From an uncultured Chlamydiales bacterium (GTDB lineage: Bacteria > Chlamydiota > Chlamydiia > Chlamydiales > FEN-1388): a stretch of 64,000 bases of DNA. The stretch spans positions 712,028 through 776,027 of the forward strand of contig CAWGYH010000002.1 in NCBI GenBank assembly GCA_963826935.1, given 5' to 3'. Shown here piece by piece: positions 27,882 through 38,314 of the stretch. The translations under genes were made by a program, and so were the position numbers. How positions within the stretch are numbered: position 1 is the stretch's first letter; the number at the start of each line of letters is the position of its first letter. Below the pieces are notes generated by a model that was not told the DNA's origin, searched no databases, and saw only the letters and a program-made list of their open reading frames with translations.

Positions 27882-29630
27882 TTACAGCTGTGTGAGCTCG
27901 GCTTCGAAATGCTGTTGGACAGGATAGCCTTCAGGAAAGTGGATCTCTTTTTGTTTGAAGCTAAAGAAAGCAACGGGAAGGTGATGTTGCCAGGCAGCCT
28001 TTAAGGGGCGAATGCTTTCGGCATGTGCTGCCGGTAAAAAGATGGCGATGGAGGTGCCTCGCTCTATTGCTGCGCGGATCGTGTTGCCTAGCTGAGAGTT
28101 TGGGTCAAGTTCAGCTTCAGAGTCGATTTCATGCCTTAAGCTAAAGCGATTCAATAGCTTTTTATACCATGGATGCATAAGCTTTTGTTCATTAAGTACG
28201 ATGCAGCGCATGCGCCGCGACTGCGATCCTGACAGAATGGCTGCCCAAGGCCACACAGGAAGTGTTGAAAAGAATACTGAAGGAGCATGTCCCTGCAGAT
28301 TTGCTTTTCCGTAGACTATAGCCTTAAATTTAAGCTTGGAGAGGACCATATTGAAAAAGCGCGTTACATAGCCTGAAATAGCGATCGTGATTCCTGTTAC
28401 AAACGCAAGGGCAATCATGCCCATCGCAAAAAATCCTTGGGAAGCACGAAGCTGTAGTATTTCACTTAAAAAGTAGAGCATTCCGGCCGATAAGAGCACG
28501 CCGAAGAAGCCTAAAAAGTTGGTTGTAGCTATTACCTGGCCGCGGATAGTCTTTGGACTTGCAAGCTGGATATAGGAATCCAGAGGCACAAGATAAATTC
28601 CGCCAAACACGCCGATTAACGCAACAAGTGCGATTTCAATCGCCATGTAGTTGTGGCAAAGGCTTAGAAGCGTAAAACAGGCTGCAATGCCAAAGCCGCC
28701 AATAGGAACAAGGCCAAGCTCTACTGTTCTGCCCGACAATTTACCCGCTAGGAGTGATCCTGCGCCAATTCCAAGGGCTGTAAGCAGAAAGAGGTAGCCG
28801 CCCTGCACATCGCTAAGGCCAAGCGTTTGGAGGGCAAAGGGGATCATGTTTAGCTGTGCGTAGGAGCCGACAAAGAGAAAAAAGGCCGATCCAAGCACTG
28901 CTGTGAGAAGTGAGGGCTGCTTGACTATGAGTTTTAAGTTTATAAGCAGCTCGGAGATAAAGCGCGGGCTAATTGCCTTTTCAGAGCCCGAGGGAGCTGT
29001 TTTTGGAATCTGTAGGCTGAAAAAGATGCCCAAAAGGGCAAAAAAGATTGCCGAAGAGGAAGCCAAGATAAAATTGTGGCCGCTGATGTCAGTAAGAAAA
29101 GAGGCAAGAAAGGTTCCGACAATGATGGCGGTATAGGTGCAGGATGTTAAGATGCCATTTGCCTTTGATATCTGTTCTCGAGGAACAATTTCAGGCACAA
29201 TTCCATATTTACAGGGTGCAAAGATTGCACTATGGCAGGCAAGTAAAAAGAGGGCGCTATAGGCCAGCATTTTGCTTCCAAGGTAAAAGGAGGTAAGTCC
29301 CAGAACCATTACAGAGCATTCTACAAACTTTACAGCGACGATGATCGATCTTTTGCTAAAGCGGTCTGCCATAGTCCCGGCAGTGGATGAAAGAAATAAA
29401 AAGGGCAGCACATAGATCGCGCCGACAGATGCCAAGATCCTGTTGCTGGCATCTTTTCCTTCTATTGCAATAAAGCAGTAGACGATAAGCAGTTTATAGA
29501 TGTTGTCATTCATCGCGCCTAAAAACTGCGTACAGTTTAAATAGCCGAATGGGCCAAGTCGCAGGCCGTCGACAAGGCGCTTGAGAAAAGTAAAACGAGA
29601 TTTTGTCACATCGCACGCAGGTTTATTCAT
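27882..29630 (-). CDS. LplT-like MFS transporter with a C-terminal acyltransferase-like extension
   Basis: 582-aa ORF. About 400 aa form a 12-TM MFS region similar to lysophospholipid transporters. The ~170-aa C-terminal soluble domain has no recognisable HX4D motif. Confidence 0.6.
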   Translation of the reverse strand: MNKPACDVTKSRFTFLKRLVDGLRLGPFGYLNCTQFLGAMNDNIYKLLIVYCFIAIEGKDASNRILASVGAIYVLPFLFLSSTAGTMADRFSKRSIIVAVKFVECSVMVLGLTSFYLGSKMLAYSALFLLACHSAIFAPCKYGIVPEIVPREQISKANGILTSCTYTAIIVGTFLASFLTDISGHNFILASSSAIFFALLGIFFSLQIPKTAPSGSEKAISPRFISELLINLKLIVKQPSLLTAVLGSAFFLFVGSYAQLNMIPFALQTLGLSDVQGGYLFLLTALGIGAGSLLAGKLSGRTVELGLVPIGGFGIAACFTLLSLCHNYMAIEIALVALIGVFGGIYLVPLDSYIQLASPKTIRGQVIATTNFLGFFGVLLSAGMLYFLSEILQLRASQGFFAMGMIALAFVTGITIAISGYVTRFFNMVLSKLKFKAIVYGKANLQGHAPSVFFSTLPVWPWAAILSGSQSRRMRCIVLNEQKLMHPWYKKLLNRFSLRHEIDSEAELDPNSQLGNTIRAAIERGTSIAIFLPAAHAESIRPLKAAWQHHLPVAFFSFKQKEIHFPEGYPVQQHFEAELTQL

Positions 29631-29686
29631 AACCCTATTTTAGAAAATTACTGACATAGAAGTAAAGAGACACTATAATTATCCTC

Positions 29687-32218
29687 ATGACAGCCCCAGA
29701 AGTGTTAATAAGTAATGATTTAGATAGACTCTATGCCCGCCTTAGGCAAAACTTTGCCCTATTGCCGCAGAATCCATTCTTAAAATGCTATGTAGTCGTA
29801 TCTGATATACACATGAAAACAGTGGTTCAGGTAGAGCTTGCAAAGTCGTCAGGCGTCATGTTTAACCAAAAAATCGTAACGCTGGAAGATGATATCCCCT
29901 CTGATGCCGACGCTGTCCATCTTTTTGCTGTGACAACAGGTAAGGATGACTTTTTTACAAAGTGGCCTAATGCAAAAGTATTTTTCTATATGCTATCGCC
30001 CTGTATGCACTTTTTCAGCGACATCTGTTCAGATCGCGAGGTAAAGCGGCTTAAAAAACGGCTCACTGAAAAGCAGGCAAAAGCACTTCAAGGCTATCTT
30101 TTGGACCGCTCAAAACTTCTTGCAAACCACTGCATCCTCTTTAGAGAGTCTATAAGCACTATCGACGAAAAACTGGCCGATTTTGAAGAGGAGTATGTAG
30201 TAAAAAAATGGGTTCTGGATGATCCGAGCCTGTCTAATTGTATCCGCCACGATGTTGTAAAAGAGGTGATCAATTCTCCAAGGCGCTGTTTGGACCTTAT
30301 CCACAACGAGCTGCTGCTGCTTGCGCCGCCTCAGATGGCCTGTGAGCCTGATAGTTCGTTTGAGCTGCATAAAGCCCCGACAGTGCAGCGTGAAGTAGAG
30401 GTGCTCTATCACTATATTCAAAAAATAGAGCCGGAAGTTTCCGGCCAGATCGTTGTCTATGCTCCAGATATTGAGCTCTACAGGCCCTACATAAAAAGCC
30501 TCTTTACCCACTCCTATCAGATCATAGGGACAAAAGAAAATGAGCTGTTAGAGCCCTTTTTAAAGATCTGCGACCTCCACTATACTCCGAAGCGAGTTAT
30601 TGAACTTTTTCAAAACAGTTCATTTATGAAAAAGTGCGGGGTCGATTCCTCGGTTTTGCCGCTCGTTGCAGCCTGTCTTGAGCGCTTCTCTAAAGAAGAG
30701 ATAGTTATGTCTTTTATCACCACCTCAAAAGGTGAAATAGCTATTGGCAGTAGCGACTCTGAGGCCATAGGAAAATGCCTTGCAACCCGAGATATGCTTT
30801 ATAGCGATATTCAAGTGCTTGCATCTGAAAAGCTGCGCAGCAATCTGGAATGGCAAAAACTTTTTATAGCTATACTAGAGCGCTATTTTGAGCCGTCTAG
30901 CGACTTTTATCTTCTCAAAAATGCCCTTATCAAATGCTCAAGAAGGGCCTCTGAGGCAATCGACATGGATAAAGCGATTGAACTATTTCAAGAAGAGCTT
31001 TGCGCCATGCAGCTGCCTGCCCTTGCCAACGCCTCCATTATCTTTACCTCGATAGGCGCCCTGCGATCCCTTCCAAAGGATGCCGTCTGCTTTTTGGGGA
31101 TGAATGAAGAGGCTCGCATTGATAGCCACCTTTTCATAGAGGCTATTCTTACTGCAAAAAAATTCCTGCACATAAGCTACAGAAGCTATTCATTTAAAGA
31201 GCGAAGCTATTTAGCGCCTGCAAAAATAGTTTTAGACTTGCTTGAGGTGGTGAAAGTGCCGATCATTGATCATCCTCTCGCATCATCAAGTGAGGATGTT
31301 TATTTTCCTGTAGAAAACTCTAAAAACCTGCTGCACATTTCACGCGAGGTTGAACTGCCGGATATCGTCTACATCCACGAGCTTACTCAGGCGGCAAAAT
31401 ATCCATTAAAAACCTACCTGCAGCAGCACCTTGGGCTCTACCTGCAAGAACATAGGCGCGATGCTCCGGCAACTGAATTTGAAGTGCTGGACCCCAAAAC
31501 GTTTAAGCCGTTGCAACGGCAGGCTTTTACCCTCTCGAAGCCGCGGGCTGATGCACTTGCCGCGGCAGAGTATAAGTTTTTGCCTCCTGCTGTCCAAAGG
31601 GCAGCCTGCATGCTGTTAGATGAAGAGGTGTCGCTTTTCCTTGATACTGCAAAAGAGCTTGGCTTAAAAAATGATGCTGCGATTACTGTGGAGCTATCGG
31701 TTGCTTGTAAAAAGATGTATGAAGCAATGCCAAACCACTACAGGATTCCGGCTATTACCGTAGAGATACAGGGTAAACCGGTAACTATTGCCGGTACACT
31801 TACCCACATCTATCCTGAAGGCATAGTACTCTTTGAAAAGAAGACGGCAGGCGCACTCTATAAAGCGTGGCCTGAAATTCTTTTGCTCAACATGTTAAAA
31901 AGCCACCTTCCTATAGAATCAAATGTCCATTTTTTAAAAGATGGTAAAAAGCAGGCCATTTCTCTTGATAATCCCCTTCAGCTACTTCAGGAGTATGTTT
32001 CCTATGCTATAGAGTGCAAAAGCTCTCCTTCTTGCATCTATCCCGATGTTGTGAATGAGCTTATGCAAAGCAAGACTTGCTCTGCAAAACTTGAAAAACT
32101 TTTTGACCCCTACCTTGCCTTCTACCTTTCAAGAGTTGAGCCGCAAGAGCTTGAAAAAGTGGTAGAGGCCTCCATGGCGCGAGCTTATAGCCTATTTGGA
32201 GTTCTACATGAGCTTTAA
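29687..32218 (+). CDS. recC: RecC-like subunit of the RecBCD-type helicase-nuclease
   Basis: 843-aa ORF immediately upstream of, and overlapping, recB and recD (recC-recB-recD order). The N-terminus resembles RecC (SNDLDRLYARL...NPF...VVV). The assignment rests largely on context. Confidence 0.6.
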   Translation: MTAPEVLISNDLDRLYARLRQNFALLPQNPFLKCYVVVSDIHMKTVVQVELAKSSGVMFNQKIVTLEDDIPSDADAVHLFAVTTGKDDFFTKWPNAKVFFYMLSPCMHFFSDICSDREVKRLKKRLTEKQAKALQGYLLDRSKLLANHCILFRESISTIDEKLADFEEEYVVKKWVLDDPSLSNCIRHDVVKEVINSPRRCLDLIHNELLLLAPPQMACEPDSSFELHKAPTVQREVEVLYHYIQKIEPEVSGQIVVYAPDIELYRPYIKSLFTHSYQIIGTKENELLEPFLKICDLHYTPKRVIELFQNSSFMKKCGVDSSVLPLVAACLERFSKEEIVMSFITTSKGEIAIGSSDSEAIGKCLATRDMLYSDIQVLASEKLRSNLEWQKLFIAILERYFEPSSDFYLLKNALIKCSRRASEAIDMDKAIELFQEELCAMQLPALANASIIFTSIGALRSLPKDAVCFLGMNEEARIDSHLFIEAILTAKKFLHISYRSYSFKERSYLAPAKIVLDLLEVVKVPIIDHPLASSSEDVYFPVENSKNLLHISREVELPDIVYIHELTQAAKYPLKTYLQQHLGLYLQEHRRDAPATEFEVLDPKTFKPLQRQAFTLSKPRADALAAAEYKFLPPAVQRAACMLLDEEVSLFLDTAKELGLKNDAAITVELSVACKKMYEAMPNHYRIPAITVEIQGKPVTIAGTLTHIYPEGIVLFEKKTAGALYKAWPEILLLNMLKSHLPIESNVHFLKDGKKQAISLDNPLQLLQEYVSYAIECKSSPSCIYPDVVNELMQSKTCSAKLEKLFDPYLAFYLSRVEPQELEKVVEASMARAYSLFGVLHEL

Positions 32219-34925
32219 CGTTTTAGCAAGAGCTGTAGAGCTTAACCAAAATATCCTCGTCGAGGCATCGGCGGGAACCGGAAAAACCTTTACCATCGAA
32301 CATCTTTTCATTCGCCGTTTGCTTACCCAGCCGAGACGGTCTGTAAAGGAGATAGCGGTTCTTACCTTTACAAATGCCGTTGCAAAAGAGCTTGCAGCCC
32401 GCCTTAAAAAAGCGGTTGAAAAATCGATAGCTGACCTTCGTTCCAAAAGCGATAGGGCTCCAGACTACCTTTTAGCCTATATAGAACAGGGCAAGCAGGA
32501 TGAAATTATTGCTCTATTAGAGACGGCCCGCGATGAGATAGACTGCGGGGCGATCGACACCATTCACGGCTTTTGCTACAGATGCTTATCTGAATTTACA
32601 ACGGGCTCCTCATCTCAGGAAAATAACGAATTTGTCGAGCCTAGCCAGTACCTCTTTTATATCGAAGAATTTTTCCGCTCTCTTCCTGTTGACGATGGTA
32701 TCGAGCTCAAAGAGCTGCTTAAAAAGCATCACGGACGTTTTTCTGACCTTTTAGAGGAGTTTGCCTCGCGTCTTTGGGATGAGGAGAGCCTTCCTCTTAT
32801 GGTGCGCTGCAGGGAGTTTGTGCGCCGCGAGCTCAAAAAACGCAGCCAGTATGCTATGCAGGAGCTGCTTCTTAGAATGGATGATGAGCTTCAAAATGGC
32901 GCTTTTGTTCACTTTGTAAAACAGAGGTTTTCATGCCTTATAGTGGATGAGTTTCAAGATACTGACCCCGTGCAGTGGAAAATTATCCAAAAGCTATTTA
33001 CAGGCATCTGGAGAGGCTTTTTATATCTTGTTGGCGATCCAAAGCAGGCCATCTACTCCTTCCGAAAGGCCGATGTCTACTGTTATATGCAGGCAAAAAC
33101 TCTGCCACATCTCTTCGTTGCTACCTTAGCGACAAATTTTCGCTCAAGCCAGGAGCTTGTTGCAGCTTTAAATACCCTTTTTCACGAACCGCTCTTTTAT
33201 CTGCCCAAGCTTAAAAGCTATCTTGATGTCCCTAAAATAACATCGGGCGCTCGCTCGGCAAATATCGAAGGCCCCGCAATGCAATTTTTTATTGCAAAGG
33301 GCGCCATTGGAAAAAAGAGAAACTGGCCCACAGAGGAGCTTGAAGAGCACTACTTTTTTCCATTTATTGCAAATGAGATCAAAAATTTACAAGTCGCTAA
33401 GAAAGAGATAGCGATACTTGTAAAAGATCGCTATCAAGCCCATCGGCTTGAAGCCTACTTAGCATCACGCGCACTTAATAGTGTTTCGTGGAAAAAAAAG
33501 AGTCTGGTTGATTCTGAAGCATTTCTCTTTTTAGAGCGCTTTTGTAGAGCGCTGCATTCTGTTCGAAAAAGAGCGTGCCTTATAGATCTTGTACTCCAAA
33601 AGCCTTTCCTATATGCAGCTCAAACCACATCTAGACTTATCGATGACCTTGAATTTTGGGCAGAGCATGTCGCCTGCCTGCTCAATTTAAAAGAAGCGTT
33701 TGATTCCAGAGGCCTGGCGGCATCTGTGCATGCGTTCCTGCAGGGTATCTGGCCTGGTTTTACGCGATGCATGAAGGAGCATCTGTGGGATGATAAGGAG
33801 TTTCTTTATGATCTTGATGCCATAGTGGAACTTGCGCTTGATCATGCAAAAACAGTGGAGGCTCTGCAAGAGTTCCTCTTTGATCTGAAGCGCTATCCTC
33901 AAAGCGAAAAAGAGCACTTTCCGGCAAGAAGCGATCCTGAAGATGACGCTGTACAGATTGTCACGCTCCATTCAAGTAAAGGCCTTGAATTTGACGTAGT
34001 CTTTGCCCTTGGCGTTGTAAACCGTACAAAGGAGCCGGATGAGGGGCAAGATGCGGATGAGCTTGATGCTGAAAAGCTGCGTCAGTTTTACGTTGCAGCA
34101 ACTCGCGCAAGACGAAAGCTCTACCTTGCTGTTGCCCTTCAAGAAGATCTAAAAAAAGTAAAACAGGGCTGCGCCTCGCCAATGGAGCTCTATTTGGCAA
34201 AAAATTCAATAGAGTCGCTTGTTGCAAAATCGTGCGGCACCATATCTGCCACTAACCTTGTAAAGACGAGCTTACTTACTCCTGTAGAGACAATGGTATC
34301 GCCGCAAAAGGCCCCCCTTCTTTTTCAGCCTCTCTATACTCGTGCGAATAAATATTTCATTACATCTTTTACGCAGCTGAACGATAAAGGAGAGGCAACT
34401 TTTGTAAAAAAAGAGGAGACAGTGCCTCCTGCAGGTGTAGAAAGCGGCATCCTCTTTCACGAGCTTATTGCTGAATGCCTGCAATCAGGTCGAGATCCTG
34501 ATGCCAGCTTCTTAGAGGAGAGGCTTAAATCGACAGTCTTAGAGGGATTTGTTGATGATGTGTTAGTCATCCTGCAGCGCGCGTTAGCAGTTGAATTTGG
34601 CTCTTTTTCCTTAAAGGATGTCGATAGAGTGCGTCTTGCTGTTGAAGTGCCCTTTTGCCTTAAAGAAAATGACAAACGCTTTTTGAGGGGCTCCATAGAC
34701 TGCTTGTTTGAACATGAGGAGAAGTACTACCTTGTGGACTGGAAGTCAAACGCTCTTGAAACCTACTGTAAAGCTGCTTTACAGACCGAGGTAAAGACCC
34801 AGGGCTACGACATGCAAGCGGCAATGTATAGCGCGGCCTGCAGTCGGTTTCAAAAGAGCTTCGGCGGTTTTTATTTTGTTTTCTTGCGCGGCCTGCCAAA
34901 CGATGGAGTGCTTCTTTATGAATGA
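32208..34925 (+). CDS. recB: RecB-like UvrD-family helicase with a C-terminal PD-(D/E)XK nuclease
   Basis: Walker A EASAGTGKTFT, motifs VDEFQDTDP, GDPKQAIYSFR, TLHSSKGLEF, YVAATRAR, and nuclease motif GSIDCLFEHEEKYYLVDWKS. Start moved to MSFNVL at 32208. Confidence 0.85.
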   Translation: MSFNVLARAVELNQNILVEASAGTGKTFTIEHLFIRRLLTQPRRSVKEIAVLTFTNAVAKELAARLKKAVEKSIADLRSKSDRAPDYLLAYIEQGKQDEIIALLETARDEIDCGAIDTIHGFCYRCLSEFTTGSSSQENNEFVEPSQYLFYIEEFFRSLPVDDGIELKELLKKHHGRFSDLLEEFASRLWDEESLPLMVRCREFVRRELKKRSQYAMQELLLRMDDELQNGAFVHFVKQRFSCLIVDEFQDTDPVQWKIIQKLFTGIWRGFLYLVGDPKQAIYSFRKADVYCYMQAKTLPHLFVATLATNFRSSQELVAALNTLFHEPLFYLPKLKSYLDVPKITSGARSANIEGPAMQFFIAKGAIGKKRNWPTEELEEHYFFPFIANEIKNLQVAKKEIAILVKDRYQAHRLEAYLASRALNSVSWKKKSLVDSEAFLFLERFCRALHSVRKRACLIDLVLQKPFLYAAQTTSRLIDDLEFWAEHVACLLNLKEAFDSRGLAASVHAFLQGIWPGFTRCMKEHLWDDKEFLYDLDAIVELALDHAKTVEALQEFLFDLKRYPQSEKEHFPARSDPEDDAVQIVTLHSSKGLEFDVVFALGVVNRTKEPDEGQDADELDAEKLRQFYVAATRARRKLYLAVALQEDLKKVKQGCASPMELYLAKNSIESLVAKSCGTISATNLVKTSLLTPVETMVSPQKAPLLFQPLYTRANKYFITSFTQLNDKGEATFVKKEETVPPAGVESGILFHELIAECLQSGRDPDASFLEERLKSTVLEGFVDDVLVILQRALAVEFGSFSLKDVDRVRLAVEVPFCLKENDKRFLRGSIDCLFEHEEKYYLVDWKSNALETYCKAALQTEVKTQGYDMQAAMYSAACSRFQKSFGGFYFVFLRGLPNDGVLLYE

Positions 34926-36408
34926 AGCTGTAGCTACAGTATTATCTTCTCTTTATAAAACCGACGATAAAGATCTTCACGCCTTTTTTAGCTATCTATC
35001 TGAAAGCTATAGCCAGGGACATCTCTTTGTCGAAAAAACAGACAAAGGGCTCATCCCCCATCTCGAAGAGCTTGATCGTGATGCAGCGTTAAAAGGCTAC
35101 GAAAAGCTTACAACTTCTCCCTATATTTTTGTTAAAGGTAATAGAGTCTATTTTGAACATGCCTACACACTCACATCCGAATGTCAGGCTCTTATAGAGA
35201 AGTTACAAACAAAAGCTCCCCATTTACACGTAGATCAAGTGCAGCTCTTAGCAAAAGTAGAAGCCCTGATTTGTGCAAAAACGCTACTTCCCGAGCAGGG
35301 CTCAGCAATTTGTGAAGCCTTAAAAAAATGCCTCTCCTGTATTTGGGGAGGGCCCGGAACCGGAAAAACCTATACCGCCGGCTGGCTTGTAAAGCTTTTC
35401 TTAGAAGATCACCCAAACGCACACATAGTACTTGCGGCCCCAACAGGCAAAGCTGCAGCCAACCTTCTGTCTAGCATTAATAAAGTGCTGCCAGGCGCAC
35501 CTCTTCAGGCAAAAACGCTCCATTCCCTGCTCGGCGTAAAGCGCATTGAAACAAAGCGAAAAAGAGAGGAGCTCCCCTACGACCTCATCTTAGTTGATGA
35601 AAGCTCGATGATCGACATAGCTCTTTATGTAAAGCTGCTTTACTCTGTTGCAGAGGGTGCCCGCATCATCTTTTTGGGCGACCCCTTTCAGCTTCCCCCC
35701 ATCGAGCCGGGCCAGCCCTTTGCAGACCTGGTCGCCGAACAGATCAAGAAGGGACTTCCAGGAGGCCTTGTAACAACTAAACGCCAAGAAAACCGCACCA
35801 TTGTCGACCTTGCCGAAGCTGTAAGAACGGGCCAAACAGATCAAGTTCTTTCCCATCTTCAGTCAAACCTGAAGCCAATAGATTCCTTAAATGTAAAGCA
35901 GCTGTACAACAACCCAGCCTCTACCGTGGAAAGCTTTTTTCAACTGCTCCTGGAAACACGCCTTCTCTCGCCCATGCGCCTGGGCCCCTACGGCACTCAA
36001 GTTATCAATCAACAAATGCTGGACGCCTCCAAAAGCCCATTCGAGCCTATCATCATAACGAGGAACGACTACACCCTAAACCTTACAAACGGCTCTATCG
36101 GCATCATCTTCGGCCCCTACGCCTACTTCGAAAACTACGAAACCCCAAACGTCCTTCGCAAAATCCCCAAAGTGCTCCTCTCTTCCTATGAAACGGCCTA
36201 CTGCCTCTCCGTCCACAAAAGCCAAGGCAGCGAATTTGGCAATGTCATCCTGCTTCTGCCCGAAGGCTCCGAACGCTTCGGCCGAAAGCTCCTCTACACC
36301 GCCATCACCCGCGCCAAAAAATCGCTCACCATCTACTCCACTCCCGCCATCATCTCCAATTGCCTTGAAACCTCACTTTATTCTACAATAACGCCCATGC
36401 CTGAATAG
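34918..36408 (+). CDS. recD: RecD-like SF1 helicase subunit
   Basis: Walker A WGGPGTGKTYT, LILVDESSMID, FLGDPFQLPP, SVHKSQGSEF, YTAITRAK. The ATG at 34918 overlaps the recB stop. The last 10 nt overlap tRNA-Thr. Confidence 0.85.
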   Translation: MNEAVATVLSSLYKTDDKDLHAFFSYLSESYSQGHLFVEKTDKGLIPHLEELDRDAALKGYEKLTTSPYIFVKGNRVYFEHAYTLTSECQALIEKLQTKAPHLHVDQVQLLAKVEALICAKTLLPEQGSAICEALKKCLSCIWGGPGTGKTYTAGWLVKLFLEDHPNAHIVLAAPTGKAAANLLSSINKVLPGAPLQAKTLHSLLGVKRIETKRKREELPYDLILVDESSMIDIALYVKLLYSVAEGARIIFLGDPFQLPPIEPGQPFADLVAEQIKKGLPGGLVTTKRQENRTIVDLAEAVRTGQTDQVLSHLQSNLKPIDSLNVKQLYNNPASTVESFFQLLLETRLLSPMRLGPYGTQVINQQMLDASKSPFEPIIITRNDYTLNLTNGSIGIIFGPYAYFENYETPNVLRKIPKVLLSSYETAYCLSVHKSQGSEFGNVILLLPEGSERFGRKLLYTAITRAKKSLTIYSTPAIISNCLETSLYSTITPMPE

Positions 36409-36471
36409 CTCAGTTGGTAGAGCAGCGCATTCGTAATGCGGAGGTCGTCGGTTCGACTCCGGCTTCAGGCA
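36399..36471 (+). tRNA. tRNA-Thr (anticodon CGT)
   Basis: Hand-folded: GCCTGAA-TA-GCTC-AGTTGGTA-GAGC-A-GCGCA-TTCGTAA-TGCGG-AGGTC-GTCGG-TTCGACT-CCGGC-TTCAGGC-A. Closely resembles the recalled E. coli thrW sequence. No encoded CCA. Confidence 0.9.
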
Positions 36472-36481
36472 TATTTTCAAG

Positions 36482-36518
36482 CCGTTTAAGGTTAAAAACT
36501 TAAACGGGTTTTGTTTTT
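36482..36518 (+). terminator. rho-independent terminator after tRNA-Thr
   Basis: Stem ccgtttaag / cttaaacgg with loop gttaaaaa, then gttttgttttt. Confidence 0.6.
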
Positions 36519-36544
36519 CTTAGATTTTTGAAAACGCGTGCCGT

Positions 36545-36563
36545 GGGGGAGTTTTGGGGGAAT
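36545..36563 (+). promoter_or_regulatory. paired GGGGGA(G/A)T motifs with 11-nt spacing near the island I left end
   Basis: gggggagt at 36545 and gggggaat at 36556. The same motif pair occurs at 44801/44812 and 49146/49157. Confidence 0.45.
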
Positions 36564-36608
36564 TGTCTGCAACAAATCATCACACAATACAACTACTTAC
36601 AGAATGGA

Positions 36609-36638
36609 TTGACTTGTCAGTCGCCCTCTTGCTATTTT
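36609..36638 (+). promoter_or_regulatory. candidate sigma70/66-type promoter of the AlbA_2 gene
   Basis: TTGACT, 18 nt, TATTTT, about 30 nt upstream of the RBS and ATG. Consensus match only. Confidence 0.35.
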
Positions 36639-36667
36639 CTTTCTGGACTGACTAACGACTGAGGTCA

Positions 36668-38305
36668 ATGATGAATGCACTGATAGATGAACTGTATGCC
36701 TGGATGAAACTACCTGAAAGTGCTCATCTTGAGTTTAAAGAAGCCAAAAGCAATTATGACAGTGAGAAGTTGACTCAATACTGCTGTGCACTTGCAAATG
36801 AAGGCGGTGGAAAGTTTATTTTAGGCGTATCAGATAAACCGCGTGCAATTGTGGGAAGTCAAGCATGTTCTAATTTAGAGAAAACGAAATCAGATCTAAT
36901 TACAAGGCTTCAGCTTCGAATTGAGGTAGATGAAATACATCCTGAAGGCAAAAGAGTTGTTATTTTCCATGTTCCTGCAAGGCCTATTGGAGTTCCTATT
37001 CAAATTAAGGGTTTATATTGGATGAGGCGAGGAGAGGAACTTGTGCATATGACTCAAGATATGCTCAAGAGAATCTTTGAGGAAGGAGTGCCTGATTTTT
37101 CTGCTCAAGTTTGCAAGCATGCAAAATTTGAGGATTTGGATTCTAAGGCCATCTCGCGGTTTCGTGAGTTGTGGCATAAACAGACTGGAAATGGAGCATT
37201 GAGAAACAGCTCTGATGAACAACTACTTAAGGATTGCGAAGCTGTTGTGCAAAAGGGTATTACATATGCCGCGCTCATACTATTTGGAACGTCGAAAGCC
37301 CTTGGAGAGCATCTTGCGCAAGCAGAAGTTGTTTTCGAGTACCGCTCAGGATATGTTATAGGGCCTGCGCAGCAGCGAGTAGAATATAGACAAGGATTTT
37401 TCTCATATTATGACGAACTTTGGGAAACGGTAAATCTGCGAAACGATATTCAGCATTTTCAGGACGGTCTTTTTATCTGGAAAATACCCACCTTCAATGA
37501 AAAAGTGGTTCGAGAAGCTGTCTTAAACGCTATTTCCCACCGTGATTATAGAGCTTCTGGTTCCATATGGGTAAAACAGTACCCCCGAAAAATTATTATT
37601 TCTAGCCCTGGCGGGCTCCCTCCGGGCATTACTCCTGAGAATATCCTTTGGAGGCAAGACCCGCGCAATAGACGAATTGCTGAGATTTTTTCTAAATGTG
37701 GGTTAGTTGAGAGAGCCGGTCAGGGCACAGATAGGATTTTTGAGGAAAGTATAAGACAGGGAAAATCCTTACCTGATTTTGCTCATACAGATGAATATCA
37801 AGTGGTATTGACATTGGATGGTGAAATTCAAGATGAGCGATTTTTGAGGTTTTTGGAAAAGGTAGGCAAGGAGAGAGTGGCCTCTTTTAGAACGGAGGAC
37901 TTTTTGGTTTTGGACTATGTACATAAGGAGCGACGTCTCCCTTCTGAACCCCCAGAGCTGAAAGTTCGTTTAAAGCAATTAGTTGATTTAGGCATTATTG
38001 AACAACTGGGCCGCGGGCGGGGCACTCGCTATATTCTTTGCCATCGTTTTTATGAAGAGATGGGCAGAAGCGCAGAATATACGAGAAAGCGAGGGCTTGA
38101 TAAGGAGACAAATAAGCAGCTTTTACTGAGCCATATTCACTCAAATGCCAAAATAGGAGCTAAATTTGCTGAGTTGACTCAGGTTTTGCCAATGCTTTCT
38201 CCTAACCAAGTCAAACAACTGGTTAAAGAGCTAAAGGCTCAGGGTAAAATCTGTTCAATGGGGAACACGAAGGCTAGTTTATGGTATCCGGTGGCTGAAG
38301 GGTAA
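36668..38305 (+). CDS. AlbA_2 (Schlafen-like) domain protein with a RecG-C-terminal-like HATPase_c_4/wHTH region
   Basis: N-terminal ESAHLEFKEAKSNYDSEKLTQYCCALANEGGGKFILGV (AlbA_2 signature). Central AVLNAISHRDYRASGSIWVKQYPRKIIISSPGGLPPGIT and NRRIAEIFSKCGLVERAGQGTDRI. A paralog lies at 52099-53727. Confidence 0.75.
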   Translation: MMNALIDELYAWMKLPESAHLEFKEAKSNYDSEKLTQYCCALANEGGGKFILGVSDKPRAIVGSQACSNLEKTKSDLITRLQLRIEVDEIHPEGKRVVIFHVPARPIGVPIQIKGLYWMRRGEELVHMTQDMLKRIFEEGVPDFSAQVCKHAKFEDLDSKAISRFRELWHKQTGNGALRNSSDEQLLKDCEAVVQKGITYAALILFGTSKALGEHLAQAEVVFEYRSGYVIGPAQQRVEYRQGFFSYYDELWETVNLRNDIQHFQDGLFIWKIPTFNEKVVREAVLNAISHRDYRASGSIWVKQYPRKIIISSPGGLPPGITPENILWRQDPRNRRIAEIFSKCGLVERAGQGTDRIFEESIRQGKSLPDFAHTDEYQVVLTLDGEIQDERFLRFLEKVGKERVASFRTEDFLVLDYVHKERRLPSEPPELKVRLKQLVDLGIIEQLGRGRGTRYILCHRFYEEMGRSAEYTRKRGLDKETNKQLLLSHIHSNAKIGAKFAELTQVLPMLSPNQVKQLVKELKAQGKICSMGNTKASLWYPVAEG

Positions 38306-38314
38306 TAATGGTTT

